Source: an uncultured Clostridia bacterium (GTDB lineage: Bacteria; Bacillota; Clostridia; Christensenellales; Borkfalkiaceae). From it: 55,271 bases of DNA. A program made the position numbers and the translations under genes. Position 1 is the stretch's first letter; each line of letters begins with the position of its first letter. The notes beneath the pieces are model-generated. The model saw nothing but the letters and a program-made list of their open reading frames with translations, searched no databases and was not told the DNA's origin. The stretch covers positions 1 to 55,271 of the forward strand of contig CALVUL010000020.1 in the NCBI GenBank assembly GCA_944363555.1, written 5' to 3'. Of the stretch, positions 35,975 through 44,465 are shown in pieces.

Positions 35975-36380
35975 TTTTTTCCCGCGTTTCCCGCGCGGGA
36001 TACAGCGTTTCGTCGGGGGCGAGATACCTGACGCCGAGATATTTTTCCAAAAAACGGTATACGGCGTAAACGCTCGCCGCGGCGGAAAAGCGGTCGGCTT
36101 TTCCGAAACAGTACAGATTTTCCCCGTCGCAGGCGAGAACGGTCTCGTCCGTGCAAAGCGCCGCGTAAACCGCGCCGTAATGCGCCTTTGCGCGGCGGGT
36201 CTCCCCCACGAACACCGCGTTCTTTATTCCGCGCCGTTCGCGGATGACGCGCGGGGCAAATCCGAAGATTTCCCCTATCGCGGCGGCAAGTTCTTTTGCC
36301 GCGAATTCTTCCTCTTTCGTCGCGCCGTTTCTCAGCGCGATGCGGCATTTCGCCGCGGCGCCTTTTCCGATTTCAAACAT
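35975..36380 (-). pseudogene. 5' fragment (about 130 codons) of a DUF4838/GH20b-N-terminal-like glycosidase gene
   Basis: The N-terminal 130 aa look genuine (ASVYAVYRFLEKYLGVRYLAPDET). The frame then runs into the palindromic terminator (GRARSCGRA) and antisense into the AraC gene. Relatives of this family are several hundred aa long. Confidence 0.4.
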
Positions 36381-36526
36381 CTTTGCTCTTTCCTTTTATC
36401 CGTTTTCAGTATAGCACATGCGCCGCTTTCATGAAATAGGCTTCTTTGACGGAAAGATTTAAAATGATGACATCCTTAAAAATCAACGTAATTTTATAAA
36501 ATTTTCCGCCGCGCGCGGCGCAAAAC

Positions 36527-36560
36527 GGCAAAAAAGGCGGAACGCTCCGCCTTTTTTGCC
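36527..36560. terminator. Perfect 15-bp hairpin flanked by A6/T6 (bidirectional terminator-like)
   Basis: GGCAAAAAAGGCGGA-ACGC-TCCGCCTTTTTTGCC. Confidence 0.5.
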
Positions 36561-36605
36561 GTAAAATTTTCTCTGTTCCGCGCCCTTCCGCGCGGGCGGA
36601 AGGGC

Positions 36606-36635
36606 ATAAAAAAAGCCGCCGGAATTTCCGGCGGC
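36606..36635 (-). terminator. Rho-independent terminator of icd
   Basis: Stem GCCGCCGGA/TCCGGCGGC, followed on the minus strand by T7. It lies 17 nt after the icd stop. Confidence 0.65.
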
Positions 36636-36651
36636 AAAAACGCTTTTACGC

Positions 36652-37851
36652 TTACAGTCTTTCGGCGATCGCCTGCAAAAACGCGCGGCTTTCGAGTTTC
36701 TTCGGCGTTACGCCTTCCTTTTTGAAGAGGGGCACCAGATCGCCCGTCATCAGCCCCGCTTCGATGGTGCCGAGGGTGGCTTTTTCCAGCCGTTTGGCGA
36801 AATCCGTGAGGGCGGCGACGCCGTCGAGTTCGCCGCGCTTCGCCAGCGCGCCCGTCCACGCGAAGATCGTCGCCACGGGGTTGGTGGAGGTTTCGCCCCC
36901 CTCGACGTAGCGGTAGTAATGCCGCGTTACCGTGCCGTGCGCCGCTTCGTACTCGTAGATCCCGTCCGGAGAAACGAGCACGGAGGTCATCATCGCCAGC
37001 GAGCCGTACGCGGTGGCGACCATATCGCTCATCACGTCCCCGTCGTAATTTTTGCACGCCCAGACGACGCCGCCTTCCGAACGCACGATGCGCGCAACGA
37101 CGTCGTCGATGAGGGTATACATGTATTCGATGCCCGCCGCCGCGAACTTTTCCTTATATTCGTTTTCGTAAACTTCCGCAAAAATATCCTTGAAACGGTG
37201 GTCGTACACCTTGGAGATGGTGTCCTTCGTGGAAAACCAGAGCGGCATCTTCACGTCGAGCGCGTAGTTAAAGCAGGCGCGCGCGAAAGAATAGATCGAT
37301 TTATCGGTGTTGTGCATGCCGAGCGCCACGCCGTTGCCGTCGAAATCGTGCACCGTCATGCGGGTTTCCTTTCCCGCTTTATCGGTGTAAACGAGTTCCA
37401 CCTTTCCCGCCCCGACCTTCATATCCGCCGCCTTGTAGATGTCGCCGTAGGCGTGGCGGGCGATGACGATGGGCTTTTTCCATGTTGGGATATACGGGGT
37501 GATGCCGTCTATCAAAATGGGCGCGCGGAACACCGTGCCGTCCAGCGCGGCGCGGATGGTGCCGTTGGGGCTCTTCCACATCTTTTTGAGGTTGTATTCC
37601 TCCACCCGCTGCGCGTTGGGGGTAATGGTGGCGCACTTCACCGCCACGCCGTATTTCTTCGTCGCTTCCGCCGAATCCAGCGTAACGCGATCGTCCGTTT
37701 CGTCGCGGTGCTTTAATCCGAGGTCGTAATATTCCGTTTTCAGTTCCACGAACGGTTCGATGAGCAGTTCCTTGATCCACTGCCACAAGACCCGCGTCAT
37801 TTCGTCGCCGTCCATTTCCACGAGCGGCGTTTTCATCTTGATCCTTTCCAT
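36652..37851 (-). CDS. icd: NADP-dependent isocitrate dehydrogenase (IDH1-like, about 400 aa)
   Basis: N-terminal [13 protein letters not shown], and full-length similarity to the eukaryote-type dimeric IDH subfamily. GGAGAG lies 5 nt upstream of the ATG. Confidence 0.9.
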   Translation of the reverse strand: MERIKMKTPLVEMDGDEMTRVLWQWIKELLIEPFVELKTEYYDLGLKHRDETDDRVTLDSAEATKKYGVAVKCATITPNAQRVEEYNLKKMWKSPNGTIRAALDGTVFRAPILIDGITPYIPTWKKPIVIARHAYGDIYKAADMKVGAGKVELVYTDKAGKETRMTVHDFDGNGVALGMHNTDKSIYSFARACFNYALDVKMPLWFSTKDTISKVYDHRFKDIFAEVYENEYKEKFAAAGIEYMYTLIDDVVARIVRSEGGVVWACKNYDGDVMSDMVATAYGSLAMMTSVLVSPDGIYEYEAAHGTVTRHYYRYVEGGETSTNPVATIFAWTGALAKRGELDGVAALTDFAKRLEKATLGTIEAGLMTGDLVPLFKKEGVTPKKLESRAFLQAIAERL

Positions 37852-37892
37852 GCGTACTCTCCGTTTTTTCTTTTGGAAACATTATAACGGAT

Positions 37893-39005
37893 TTACCGCT
37901 TTTTGTCAAAGCGTTTGCCCCCCTTCGCGCCGGCGTTTTCCCAAATATTGCCGTCGAAACGGGTGATGAGCGTCTGGGCGGCGTTAAAACGCGCGAGCGC
38001 TTCGGCGATGAGTTCGTCCAGCACGGCGGAAAATTCCTGAAAGGTGTCGCAGAAAAGATAGTAAGCGAGCGACCCGGGCACGGTGTTGACTTCGTTGACG
38101 TACACCTCGCCCCCGCTGACGAGAAAATCCACCCGCACGACGCCCGAACAATCCAGCCCCGCGTATACCTTCGCGGTGAGCGAACGGATCTTATCGGAAA
38201 GTTTTTTATCGATGGGCGCGGGAAACAGCCGTTCGCCCCTGATGTATTTGTCCTCGAAGGTCAGAAAGCGGTTTTCCGTCGCCGGCATTTCGCATTCCGA
38301 TACGACGATCTCCCCCTTCCTGCGGTACGCCGCCGCGTTGATCTCCAGTTTCCCCGCGGCGAATTTTTCCGCGATGACCTTGGTATCGAACTTGCGCGCC
38401 TTGTTGAGGCTGCGTTCCGCCTCGGCGCGGTTTTCCGCCTTGTTCACGCCGATGGAAGAGCCTTGCCGCGCGGGTTTGATGAACATGGGATAGCCGAATT
38501 TTCTTTCCGCCGCGGCGAGATCGTCCTCCGAATCGACGATGACGAAGGGCAGCGTTCTGATCCCCAGCCCTTTCAAGGCGTACTTTGCGGCGGCTTTATC
38601 GAACGCCGCGGAAGACGCCGCGATCTCCGAACCGACGATGGGTATGCCGCTGAGCGCGGCGACGGCGGCGAGCGCGCCGTCCTCCCCCCGCGCGCCGTGC
38701 ATGCAGTTGACGATGCACGCCGTTTTGAAAAGCGGTTTTAACTTTTTGTTCCTTCCGATCCCGTACAGCGCGTTGTCCCCGCCGAGCAGGCAGACTTTCT
38801 GCGGCAGTTTCTTATTTTCCGCGTAAAAGGAAAGATCGCAAAGTTCCTCCCCCGTATGCCAGCTCCCTTCCCGCGCGACGTACACGGGGTGCGCCGTATA
38901 CGCCGCGTTCCCCCGCAGGGCGGAAAGCGTCATGATCCCCGTCAGCACGGATATGTCGTGCTCCGTGCTCTGCCCGCCGAAAAACACCAAAACGTTTTTA
39001 CCCAT
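37893..39005 (-). CDS. ddl: D-alanine--D-alanine ligase
   Basis: MGKNVLVFFGGQSTEHDISVLTG, an ATP-grasp core, and a C-terminal EVNTVPG. Start moved to ATG 39005 after GGAGG; the 69-aa track extension is Arg/Lys-rich noise. Confidence 0.9.
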   Translation of the reverse strand: MGKNVLVFFGGQSTEHDISVLTGIMTLSALRGNAAYTAHPVYVAREGSWHTGEELCDLSFYAENKKLPQKVCLLGGDNALYGIGRNKKLKPLFKTACIVNCMHGARGEDGALAAVAALSGIPIVGSEIAASSAAFDKAAAKYALKGLGIRTLPFVIVDSEDDLAAAERKFGYPMFIKPARQGSSIGVNKAENRAEAERSLNKARKFDTKVIAEKFAAGKLEINAAAYRRKGEIVVSECEMPATENRFLTFEDKYIRGERLFPAPIDKKLSDKIRSLTAKVYAGLDCSGVVRVDFLVSGGEVYVNEVNTVPGSLAYYLFCDTFQEFSAVLDELIAEALARFNAAQTLITRFDGNIWENAGAKGGKRFDKKR

Positions 39006-39111
39006 AAAAAAACACCTCCGCTTTTTCGCTTTGGTGCCTTTCCCGCCGTAACGAAGGCTTGCGGAGGAGAAAAATTCCGCTCCTTCCGTTCCGGTCTCTT
39101 TTTTCCGCCGT

Positions 39112-40788
39112 TCAAGAATACGTATCCGGCAAATCGTTTTCAAACAGGACCACGTCCCCCGCGCGCATGATCTCGTTGAGTTTTTCGTTGCCTTTGGCGA
39201 GGCTCTTTGCAAAAAACGCGTCCTCGCCGCTCCTGCCGCTTTCCAGCCAGCCTTTGATGAGCATATCGCCGTTGTGCCTGCCGATGACGATCAGAATATC
39301 CGCCACCGCGGCGACCGCCTTGCCCATCTCGTAGTTGGCGAACGCCTCGTCCTTGCCCAGTTCCACAAGCCCGGGCGTGAGCACGATCTTGCGCCCCGAA
39401 AAGCCGGAAAGCACTTCGAGCGCCGCCTTCACCCCGTCGCGGTTGGCGTTATAGGAATCGTCTATGATCTTGATGTCCCTGTTGTTGGTTACCATTTCCA
39501 GCCGGTGGCTGACGGCTTTGAGCCGGTTGACGCCCTCGGCGATCTCCTTGGGGGTCAGCCCGATCTTATAGGCGACCGCCGCCGCGAGGCATATATTACT
39601 AATATTATGCTTGCCGAGCAGCGTGGTGTTACACTTTACGCCCCGCTCCCCCGCGATGCGCAGCATAAAGGACGAGCCGCCCTCCCCCTGCGCGATCTGC
39701 TCCGCGCACACGAAATCCCCCGCGATGCCGGCGAGGTATTTTTTGCATTTCGCGTCCTCGTAAAGTTCGCGGCTGATGTCGTTGTCCGCACTGAAAAAAC
39801 CGCAGGCGTTTTCCGGCAGCCGTTCGAAAAGTTCAAACTTCGTCAGGCGGATGTTCTCCTCCGTCTTGAACGTTTCGAGATGCTGGTCGTTCACCCCCGT
39901 GAGCACCGCGTACTGCGGGTTGACCAGACTCGCCAGATCGGAAATATCCCCCACGTGCCGCGCGCCCATTTCCGCGATGAACACGTCGTGCGTGCTGTCG
40001 AGTTTCTTGGCGGCGAGCGCCACGCCGAGGGGGGTGTTGTAGGAAGCGGGGGTTGCGAGCACGCGGTATTTTTGCGAAAGGAGCGTCGTTAAAATGTTCT
40101 TTACGCCCGTTTTACCGTAACTGCCGGTGATGCCGATCTTGATGACATCGGAATTTTCCAGTTTTTTCTTCGTACGGTTGATGTAGCGGCGGTTGTTGAG
40201 ATTTTCAAACGGCGCGTTGACGAGCGCCGCGAGCATTAAGACGAGGGGCGCGAGCAGGGGCGTTACGCAGATCGCGGAATTGATGAGCAGCGCGAGGATC
40301 TCCCCGCCCGCGAAATAGACGACGATATTTTCCAGCGTGATGACCCCGAACGTCATGGCGAAGAGGAACAGGCAGTAGGTCACGCAAAGGCGCACCATCC
40401 GGCGCGTCTTTTTGAGCTGCACCTTGGCGTTGACGTGGCGTTCGGTATTGATATACGCCACGACGAACAGGATATAGGAAGCGAACCCGACGTACGACGC
40501 CGCGAATTCCCCCACGACGCCCGCGAAGGTGGTGGAGAGCACGCAGAAAAAGAGGAACGCCAGCACGCAGAGCACGGCAAGGCGCATGATGTAGGTGTTG
40601 TTCTTGCTCGTGAACCACTTGGCGTATTCCCGCTTTTTATAGCCGCACTGCTGGAACGCCAGCAGAAATTTAGAGGAAGAAAAGAGCAGCAGCACGGTGT
40701 TTAAAGCGCAGATCGCCAGATAGATGGCGAGGTATTTCCATTGATAAAGTTCGGCAAAATTTTGCGCCGTAAGGCTCGGTACAGCCAT
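39112..40788 (-). CDS. murF: MurF-type UDP-MurNAc-tripeptide--D-Ala-D-Ala ligase with an N-terminal polytopic membrane domain
   Basis: P-loop GITGSYGKTG at about residue 210. Mur-ligase motif NTPLGVA, and DDSYNAN in the C-domain. The first 195 aa or so contain about 5 hydrophobic helices instead of the usual soluble N-domain. Confidence 0.8.
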   Translation of the reverse strand: MAVPSLTAQNFAELYQWKYLAIYLAICALNTVLLLFSSSKFLLAFQQCGYKKREYAKWFTSKNNTYIMRLAVLCVLAFLFFCVLSTTFAGVVGEFAASYVGFASYILFVVAYINTERHVNAKVQLKKTRRMVRLCVTYCLFLFAMTFGVITLENIVVYFAGGEILALLINSAICVTPLLAPLVLMLAALVNAPFENLNNRRYINRTKKKLENSDVIKIGITGSYGKTGVKNILTTLLSQKYRVLATPASYNTPLGVALAAKKLDSTHDVFIAEMGARHVGDISDLASLVNPQYAVLTGVNDQHLETFKTEENIRLTKFELFERLPENACGFFSADNDISRELYEDAKCKKYLAGIAGDFVCAEQIAQGEGGSSFMLRIAGERGVKCNTTLLGKHNISNICLAAAVAYKIGLTPKEIAEGVNRLKAVSHRLEMVTNNRDIKIIDDSYNANRDGVKAALEVLSGFSGRKIVLTPGLVELGKDEAFANYEMGKAVAAVADILIVIGRHNGDMLIKGWLESGRSGEDAFFAKSLAKGNEKLNEIMRAGDVVLFENDLPDTYS

Positions 40789-41484
40789 TCAGACCTCCTT
40801 TCCCCGCGTGAGGAGAAATTCCCGCACGGGATAATTGAACGCCGCAACCCGTTCCGCAAACGCGAAATGACCGGCGTTTTTCAAGACGAGCAGCCTGCTG
40901 CCCGCGATGAGTTTTTTATAGCGCCGCGCCATATAAAGCGGCGTTTCCCGATCGTTTTCCCCGTAAACGAGCAGCACGGGATTTTTCACCTTTTTCGCAC
41001 ACGCTTCCAGATGTTCGTTGACGATCTTCACGAAACTTTCCCGCATGACGCCGGAAAGCGCGCGGTAATCGGAAGAATAATATTTTTCCAGTTCCTTTCG
41101 GGTCCTGAACGGTTTCAGCAGTAAAAATTTCAGCCGTTTTGCCCGATACGCCAAAGACCGCCGCGGCCGGAGCCCCGCCGCCCCCGTGAGCACGAGGGCG
41201 GAAAAGAGCGCGCCGTCCTCCGCCGCGGCTTTCACCGCGACGCGCGCGCCGAAGGAATGGGCGACGACGTGCGGCTTTACGACGCCGTTTTCCCGCATAT
41301 AGTCTTTCAGCCAGTTTACGTAATCGCCGAGGGCGTAGGGATAAGGCATCGCCGCGTTTTTGCCGAACCCCGGCAGATCGGGCGCGAAACAATCGAAATA
41401 TTGCGAAAAAAAGCGCGTCTGCGCCGCGAACGCCCCGCCTTCGGAAAGATACCCGTGTAAAAATAAAAGCTGTTTTTTTTCCAT
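40789..41484 (-). CDS. Alpha/beta-fold hydrolase
   Basis: 231 aa. LFLHGY oxyanion region, nucleophile elbow AHSFGA, and a C-terminal GHFAF His. Its stop abuts the murF start with a 0-nt gap. Confidence 0.7.
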   Translation of the reverse strand: MEKKQLLFLHGYLSEGGAFAAQTRFFSQYFDCFAPDLPGFGKNAAMPYPYALGDYVNWLKDYMRENGVVKPHVVAHSFGARVAVKAAAEDGALFSALVLTGAAGLRPRRSLAYRAKRLKFLLLKPFRTRKELEKYYSSDYRALSGVMRESFVKIVNEHLEACAKKVKNPVLLVYGENDRETPLYMARRYKKLIAGSRLLVLKNAGHFAFAERVAAFNYPVREFLLTRGKEV

Positions 41485-41541
41485 TTTTCACCCGAAACGC
41501 CCGCGCGGCTTCAAGCCGCTTTTTCTTCGGTAAAAAATCGC

Positions 41542-41976
41542 TCAGCCTTTTAAACACATCACGTCGGCGTCTTCGCCGTCCGCATAGTACGCGCGGCGGG
41601 AACCGACCTTTTCAAACCCGTATTTTTTATACAGCGCGATGGCGGGCGCGTTGCCCGCCCGAACTTCCAAAAAGAGTTTTTTCAACTCCCGCCTGCCGCA
41701 CTCGCGCAAAAGCGTTTGCATCAGCGCGTCGGCGACGCCCTGTCTGCGGCGGTCTTTCGCCACGAGGATGTCGAGAAGATCCGCCCCCTCCGGATGAAAC
41801 AGGATCGCGCCCATCCCGCTCAGAACGCCGTTTTCTTCCGCGAGAACGCCGAAAAAACCGTCGTTTAAGAAGGATTCCGCCAGCATGTTGAAATTCCAAC
41901 GGTCGGGGAACTCCTGCGCCTCTTCGAAAACGGCGAGGGCGGCGATGTCGGTATATTTCCACTTCCGTATCGTCAT
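41542..41976 (-). CDS. rimI: GNAT acetyltransferase, RimI-like (ribosomal-protein-alanine N-acetyltransferase)
   Basis: 144 aa. Acetyl-CoA motif RRRQGVADALM. Conserved position after tsaB, with an ATGA start/stop overlap at 41973-41976. Confidence 0.75.
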   Translation of the reverse strand: MTIRKWKYTDIAALAVFEEAQEFPDRWNFNMLAESFLNDGFFGVLAEENGVLSGMGAILFHPEGADLLDILVAKDRRRQGVADALMQTLLRECGRRELKKLFLEVRAGNAPAIALYKKYGFEKVGSRRAYYADGEDADVMCLKG

Positions 41977-42578
41977 CTTCCCTCTTCCGCCTGCGATTTC
42001 CTGATATAAAGGGGGGCAAGCGCCGCGAGATCGCCCGTGTTTTCCGCCGCCTTGCCCTCGATGGCTTTTCGCAGCCCCTCGTGCACGTTGCAGCGGTAAA
42101 CGAGGTGCGGGACCTCCGTCGCCGCGGCGACGGGGAGGGATCTGCACAGCGTTTCGTATTCTTCGGCAAGGACGAATTTCGCCGCCCCCGCGGGGCGGAA
42201 ATCTTTATACGCCTGCACGTAATACGCGCCGTGGCGGGCGTCGACGGCGCACAGGGCGCTGCCATCCGGTACATCGTATGCGAGCACGTCGAAAGATGTG
42301 AGGGGCAGGCAGTTTTTCTGTTCCGCAAAGCACAGCGCCTTGATTGCGGACACCCCGATGCGTATGCCCGTAAAGGAGCCCGCGCCGACGACGCAGGCGA
42401 AAAAATCGAAATCCGAAAGGCGCGCCCCCGCCTGCCGGAGAAGCGCGTCGATCGCCGGCATGAGCGCCGCGGAATGGCGGGCGCCGCAGTCGTCGTCCGC
42501 ATACCGGTAATATCTGCCGCCGTATTTCATCTCTACGGAGAGCGGCGCGCCGCTCGTATCGATGCCGAGATAGTTCAT
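41973..42578 (-). CDS. tsaB: tRNA t6A37 biosynthesis protein TsaB
   Basis: MNYLGIDTSGAPLSV N-terminus and ASKHA fold. ATGA overlap with the tsaE stop at 42575-42578. Confidence 0.85.
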   Translation of the reverse strand: MNYLGIDTSGAPLSVEMKYGGRYYRYADDDCGARHSAALMPAIDALLRQAGARLSDFDFFACVVGAGSFTGIRIGVSAIKALCFAEQKNCLPLTSFDVLAYDVPDGSALCAVDARHGAYYVQAYKDFRPAGAAKFVLAEEYETLCRSLPVAAATEVPHLVYRCNVHEGLRKAIEGKAAENTGDLAALAPLYIRKSQAEEGR

Positions 42579-42979
42579 TGGATGGTGATCTTCCTTTCGT
42601 TTTCTCCCGTCTTTTCGATGGTTATCTCCACGCAGCCTTCCGGCAGCGCGGAACGGATGTTCTGCGCCCATTCGACAACGCACACGTTGTCGCCGCCGAA
42701 ATAATCCGTCAGACCGAGGGCGACGGCGTCCTCCCCCGAAGAGAGGCGGTAACAATCGTAATGATACAGATAATCCCCGTAAACGTTCAGATAGGTATAG
42801 GTGGGCGAAACGACTTCCTCGCCGATGCCCAGCCCTTCCGCCATGCCTTTGACGAATACGGTTTTCCCCGCGCCGAGATCGCCGCCGAGCAGAACCACCG
42901 CGCCCTTTTTCAGCCCCTTGGCGAACGCCGCGGCAAACTTACGCGTGGCGGCTTCGCCGCCGCTGAAAAAAACTTCCAT
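42575..42979 (-). CDS. tsaE: tRNA t6A37 biosynthesis ATPase TsaE
   Basis: 134 aa with Walker A GDLGAGKT and the SPTYTYLNVY motif. Start at ATG 42979 (MEVFFSGGE), not the track start at 43195. Confidence 0.85.
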   Translation of the reverse strand: MEVFFSGGEAATRKFAAAFAKGLKKGAVVLLGGDLGAGKTVFVKGMAEGLGIGEEVVSPTYTYLNVYGDYLYHYDCYRLSSGEDAVALGLTDYFGGDNVCVVEWAQNIRSALPEGCVEITIEKTGENERKITIQ

Positions 42980-42985
42980 GCCTCT

Positions 42986-43014
42986 ATTATAGTATGGCGC
43001 GCCTTTTTTGTAAA
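42986..43014 (-). promoter_or_regulatory. Consensus SigA promoter positioned for a leaderless tsaE-tsaB-rimI mRNA
   Basis: Minus strand reads TTTACA (43014-43009), a 17-nt spacer, TATAAT (42991-42986), 6 nt, then ATG (42979). Confidence 0.55.
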
Positions 43015-43028
43015 GGGTTTCGGCGCAT

Positions 43029-43628
43029 TTATTCCTCTTCGGGTTTTTCGCCGCCCTTCTTTTTATGCACCGGTCCGATCGCCTTGAACAGCCGCGAAAC
43101 GTGTTTGTACAAAAGCAGCGTAACCGCGCCGACGGCGACCCCTTTGATGAGGTTGAAAAACAGCACGAAAGGCCATAATACGGAAAAATCCACAACTTCG
43201 GGGGGCAGCGAAAATATCGCCTGATAAAGGGGGAAATTGATGAATTTATTGACCAGAAGCCCCGCCCCCGCCTGCAGAATCACGGCGCAGACGAGATACA
43301 AACACACCCATTTAAGCCCCTTTTTGAAACGATAGGCGATCGTCGGCAGCAGGATGAAAGAACAGGTGAGCAGAAAGTTGGCGACCTCCCCCACGCCGCC
43401 GGTGGAGGACTTGGTCAGAAAACAGATAAATTCCTTTACGGCGGAGATCGCCACCCCCGCGACGGGACCGAACATGAACCCGCCGAGCAGGGTGAACACG
43501 TTGGAAAAATCCAGTTTCAGAAAGGACGCGGCGGGAAAAATCGGGAATTCCAGAAAGGAAACGAGATATGCCAGCGCGGCGAACACCGCGCTCCCCGCCA
43601 GAATTTTGGTCTTGGAATAGGTTTGCAT
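43029..43628 (-). CDS. ribU: ECF-transporter S component, riboflavin-specific (RibU-type)
   Basis: 199 aa and about 6 TM, with an S-component-like sequence. Directly downstream of an FMN riboswitch. GGAGG lies 9 nt upstream of the ATG. Confidence 0.75.
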   Translation of the reverse strand: MQTYSKTKILAGSAVFAALAYLVSFLEFPIFPAASFLKLDFSNVFTLLGGFMFGPVAGVAISAVKEFICFLTKSSTGGVGEVANFLLTCSFILLPTIAYRFKKGLKWVCLYLVCAVILQAGAGLLVNKFINFPLYQAIFSLPPEVVDFSVLWPFVLFFNLIKGVAVGAVTLLLYKHVSRLFKAIGPVHKKKGGEKPEEE

Positions 43629-43645
43629 GAAAAAACGCCTCCGAT

Positions 43646-43680
43646 AAAAAAATTTTCCGAAAATCCAAAATCTTCGGAAA
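43646..43680 (-). terminator. Intrinsic terminator forming the expression platform of the FMN riboswitch
   Basis: Minus strand reads TTTCCGAA-GATTTTGGATT-TTCGGAAA followed by ATTTTTTT. It lies between the aptamer and the ribU SD. Confidence 0.6.
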
Positions 43681-43715
43681 GCGATTTTATCCGCGGCGCG
43701 AAAAAGCGGACCATC

Positions 43716-43834
43716 GTTCTTTTCTCATCCGGACTATAACCGTCGGTCGGGGAATTGCGCCCCGTCGGCGCGCCGTAAAAGCGCGTTCATAGACTTTCAC
43801 TATCGGATAGGAATTTCACCTAACCCCAAAGAAC
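43716..43834 (-). promoter_or_regulatory. FMN riboswitch (RFN element) aptamer
   Basis: Minus strand reads GTTCTTTGGGGTTAGGTGAAATTCCTATCCGATAGTGAAAGTCTATGA...GGGGCGCAATTCCCCGACCGACGGTTATAGTCCGGATGAGAAAAGAAC. This matches the conserved RFN blocks (GGTGAAATTCC, CCGACnGT-ATAGTCnGGATG-AGAA), with P1 closed by GTTCTTT/AAAGAAC. Confidence 0.88.
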
Positions 43835-43854
43835 CTTGAATTTCAGTTTTCTTA

Positions 43855-43884
43855 ATGATATACCTTTTCCGCGGATTTGTAAAG
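43855..43884 (-). promoter_or_regulatory. Possible promoter for the FMN riboswitch-ribU unit
   Basis: Minus strand reads TTTACA (43884-43879), an 18-nt spacer, then TATCAT (43860-43855). Confidence 0.35.
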
Positions 43885-44019
43885 CGATTTCATCGCGGGC
43901 GCGCGGAAAATTTTATCCGGATTTTTACAAAATAGCCCTTTTTTCGCCGTCCTTTCCCATTTTCGCCCCCGCAAGGCGCGCTATGATGATCGGGATAAAC
44001 GTTTGAGGAGACGAACATC

Positions 44020-44316
44020 ATGCAAAATCAACTTCTTTCCACCTTTTTTTCGGGGCTTTTGTGTACGATCCTGCTTTTCGCGCTGGCTTTCGCCGCCGTG
44101 CTTTTCGTGCGGCTTTGCGTCTATTACATAAAGACCAACGCCCCCGCCGCGGCGAAAAAGGAGGAAAAACCCGAACAGCCCGCCGCCAAGGCGCAAAGCG
44201 AGCCCGCAGACGAAACGCCTGCCGCGCCCAAGCGGGCGCGCCCCAGAAGGCGGGTGCATACCATCGAGATCCGCCCCGACGAGATCAACCGCATCTACGT
44301 GGCGGAGCAAAAATAA
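44020..44316 (+). CDS. Small single-pass membrane protein, unknown function
   Basis: 98 aa. GAGGAG lies 9 nt upstream of the ATG. One N-terminal TM helix, a Pro/Ala/Glu/Lys-rich linker, and the tail RRRVHTIEIRPDEINRIYVAEQK. Confidence 0.5.
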   Translation: MQNQLLSTFFSGLLCTILLFALAFAAVLFVRLCVYYIKTNAPAAAKKEEKPEQPAAKAQSEPADETPAAPKRARPRRRVHTIEIRPDEINRIYVAEQK

Positions 44317-44432
44317 CCCGCCGGCGCAAAGCAAAACAGCGCGGAAAAACGCCTGTGCCCGCGCCCTTCGCGCGTTCCCGCCTTCTTCCCTTGCGGACGA
44401 CGCGCGACCGCGCCGCTTGCCCGAAAAAACCG

Positions 44433-44465
44433 CGCGCGCCGTTTCTTTAACGGCGCGCGTTTTTG
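44433..44465 (+). terminator. Rho-independent terminator (plus strand)
   Basis: CGCGCGCCGT-TTCTTTA-ACGGCGCGCG followed by T5. Confidence 0.6.
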
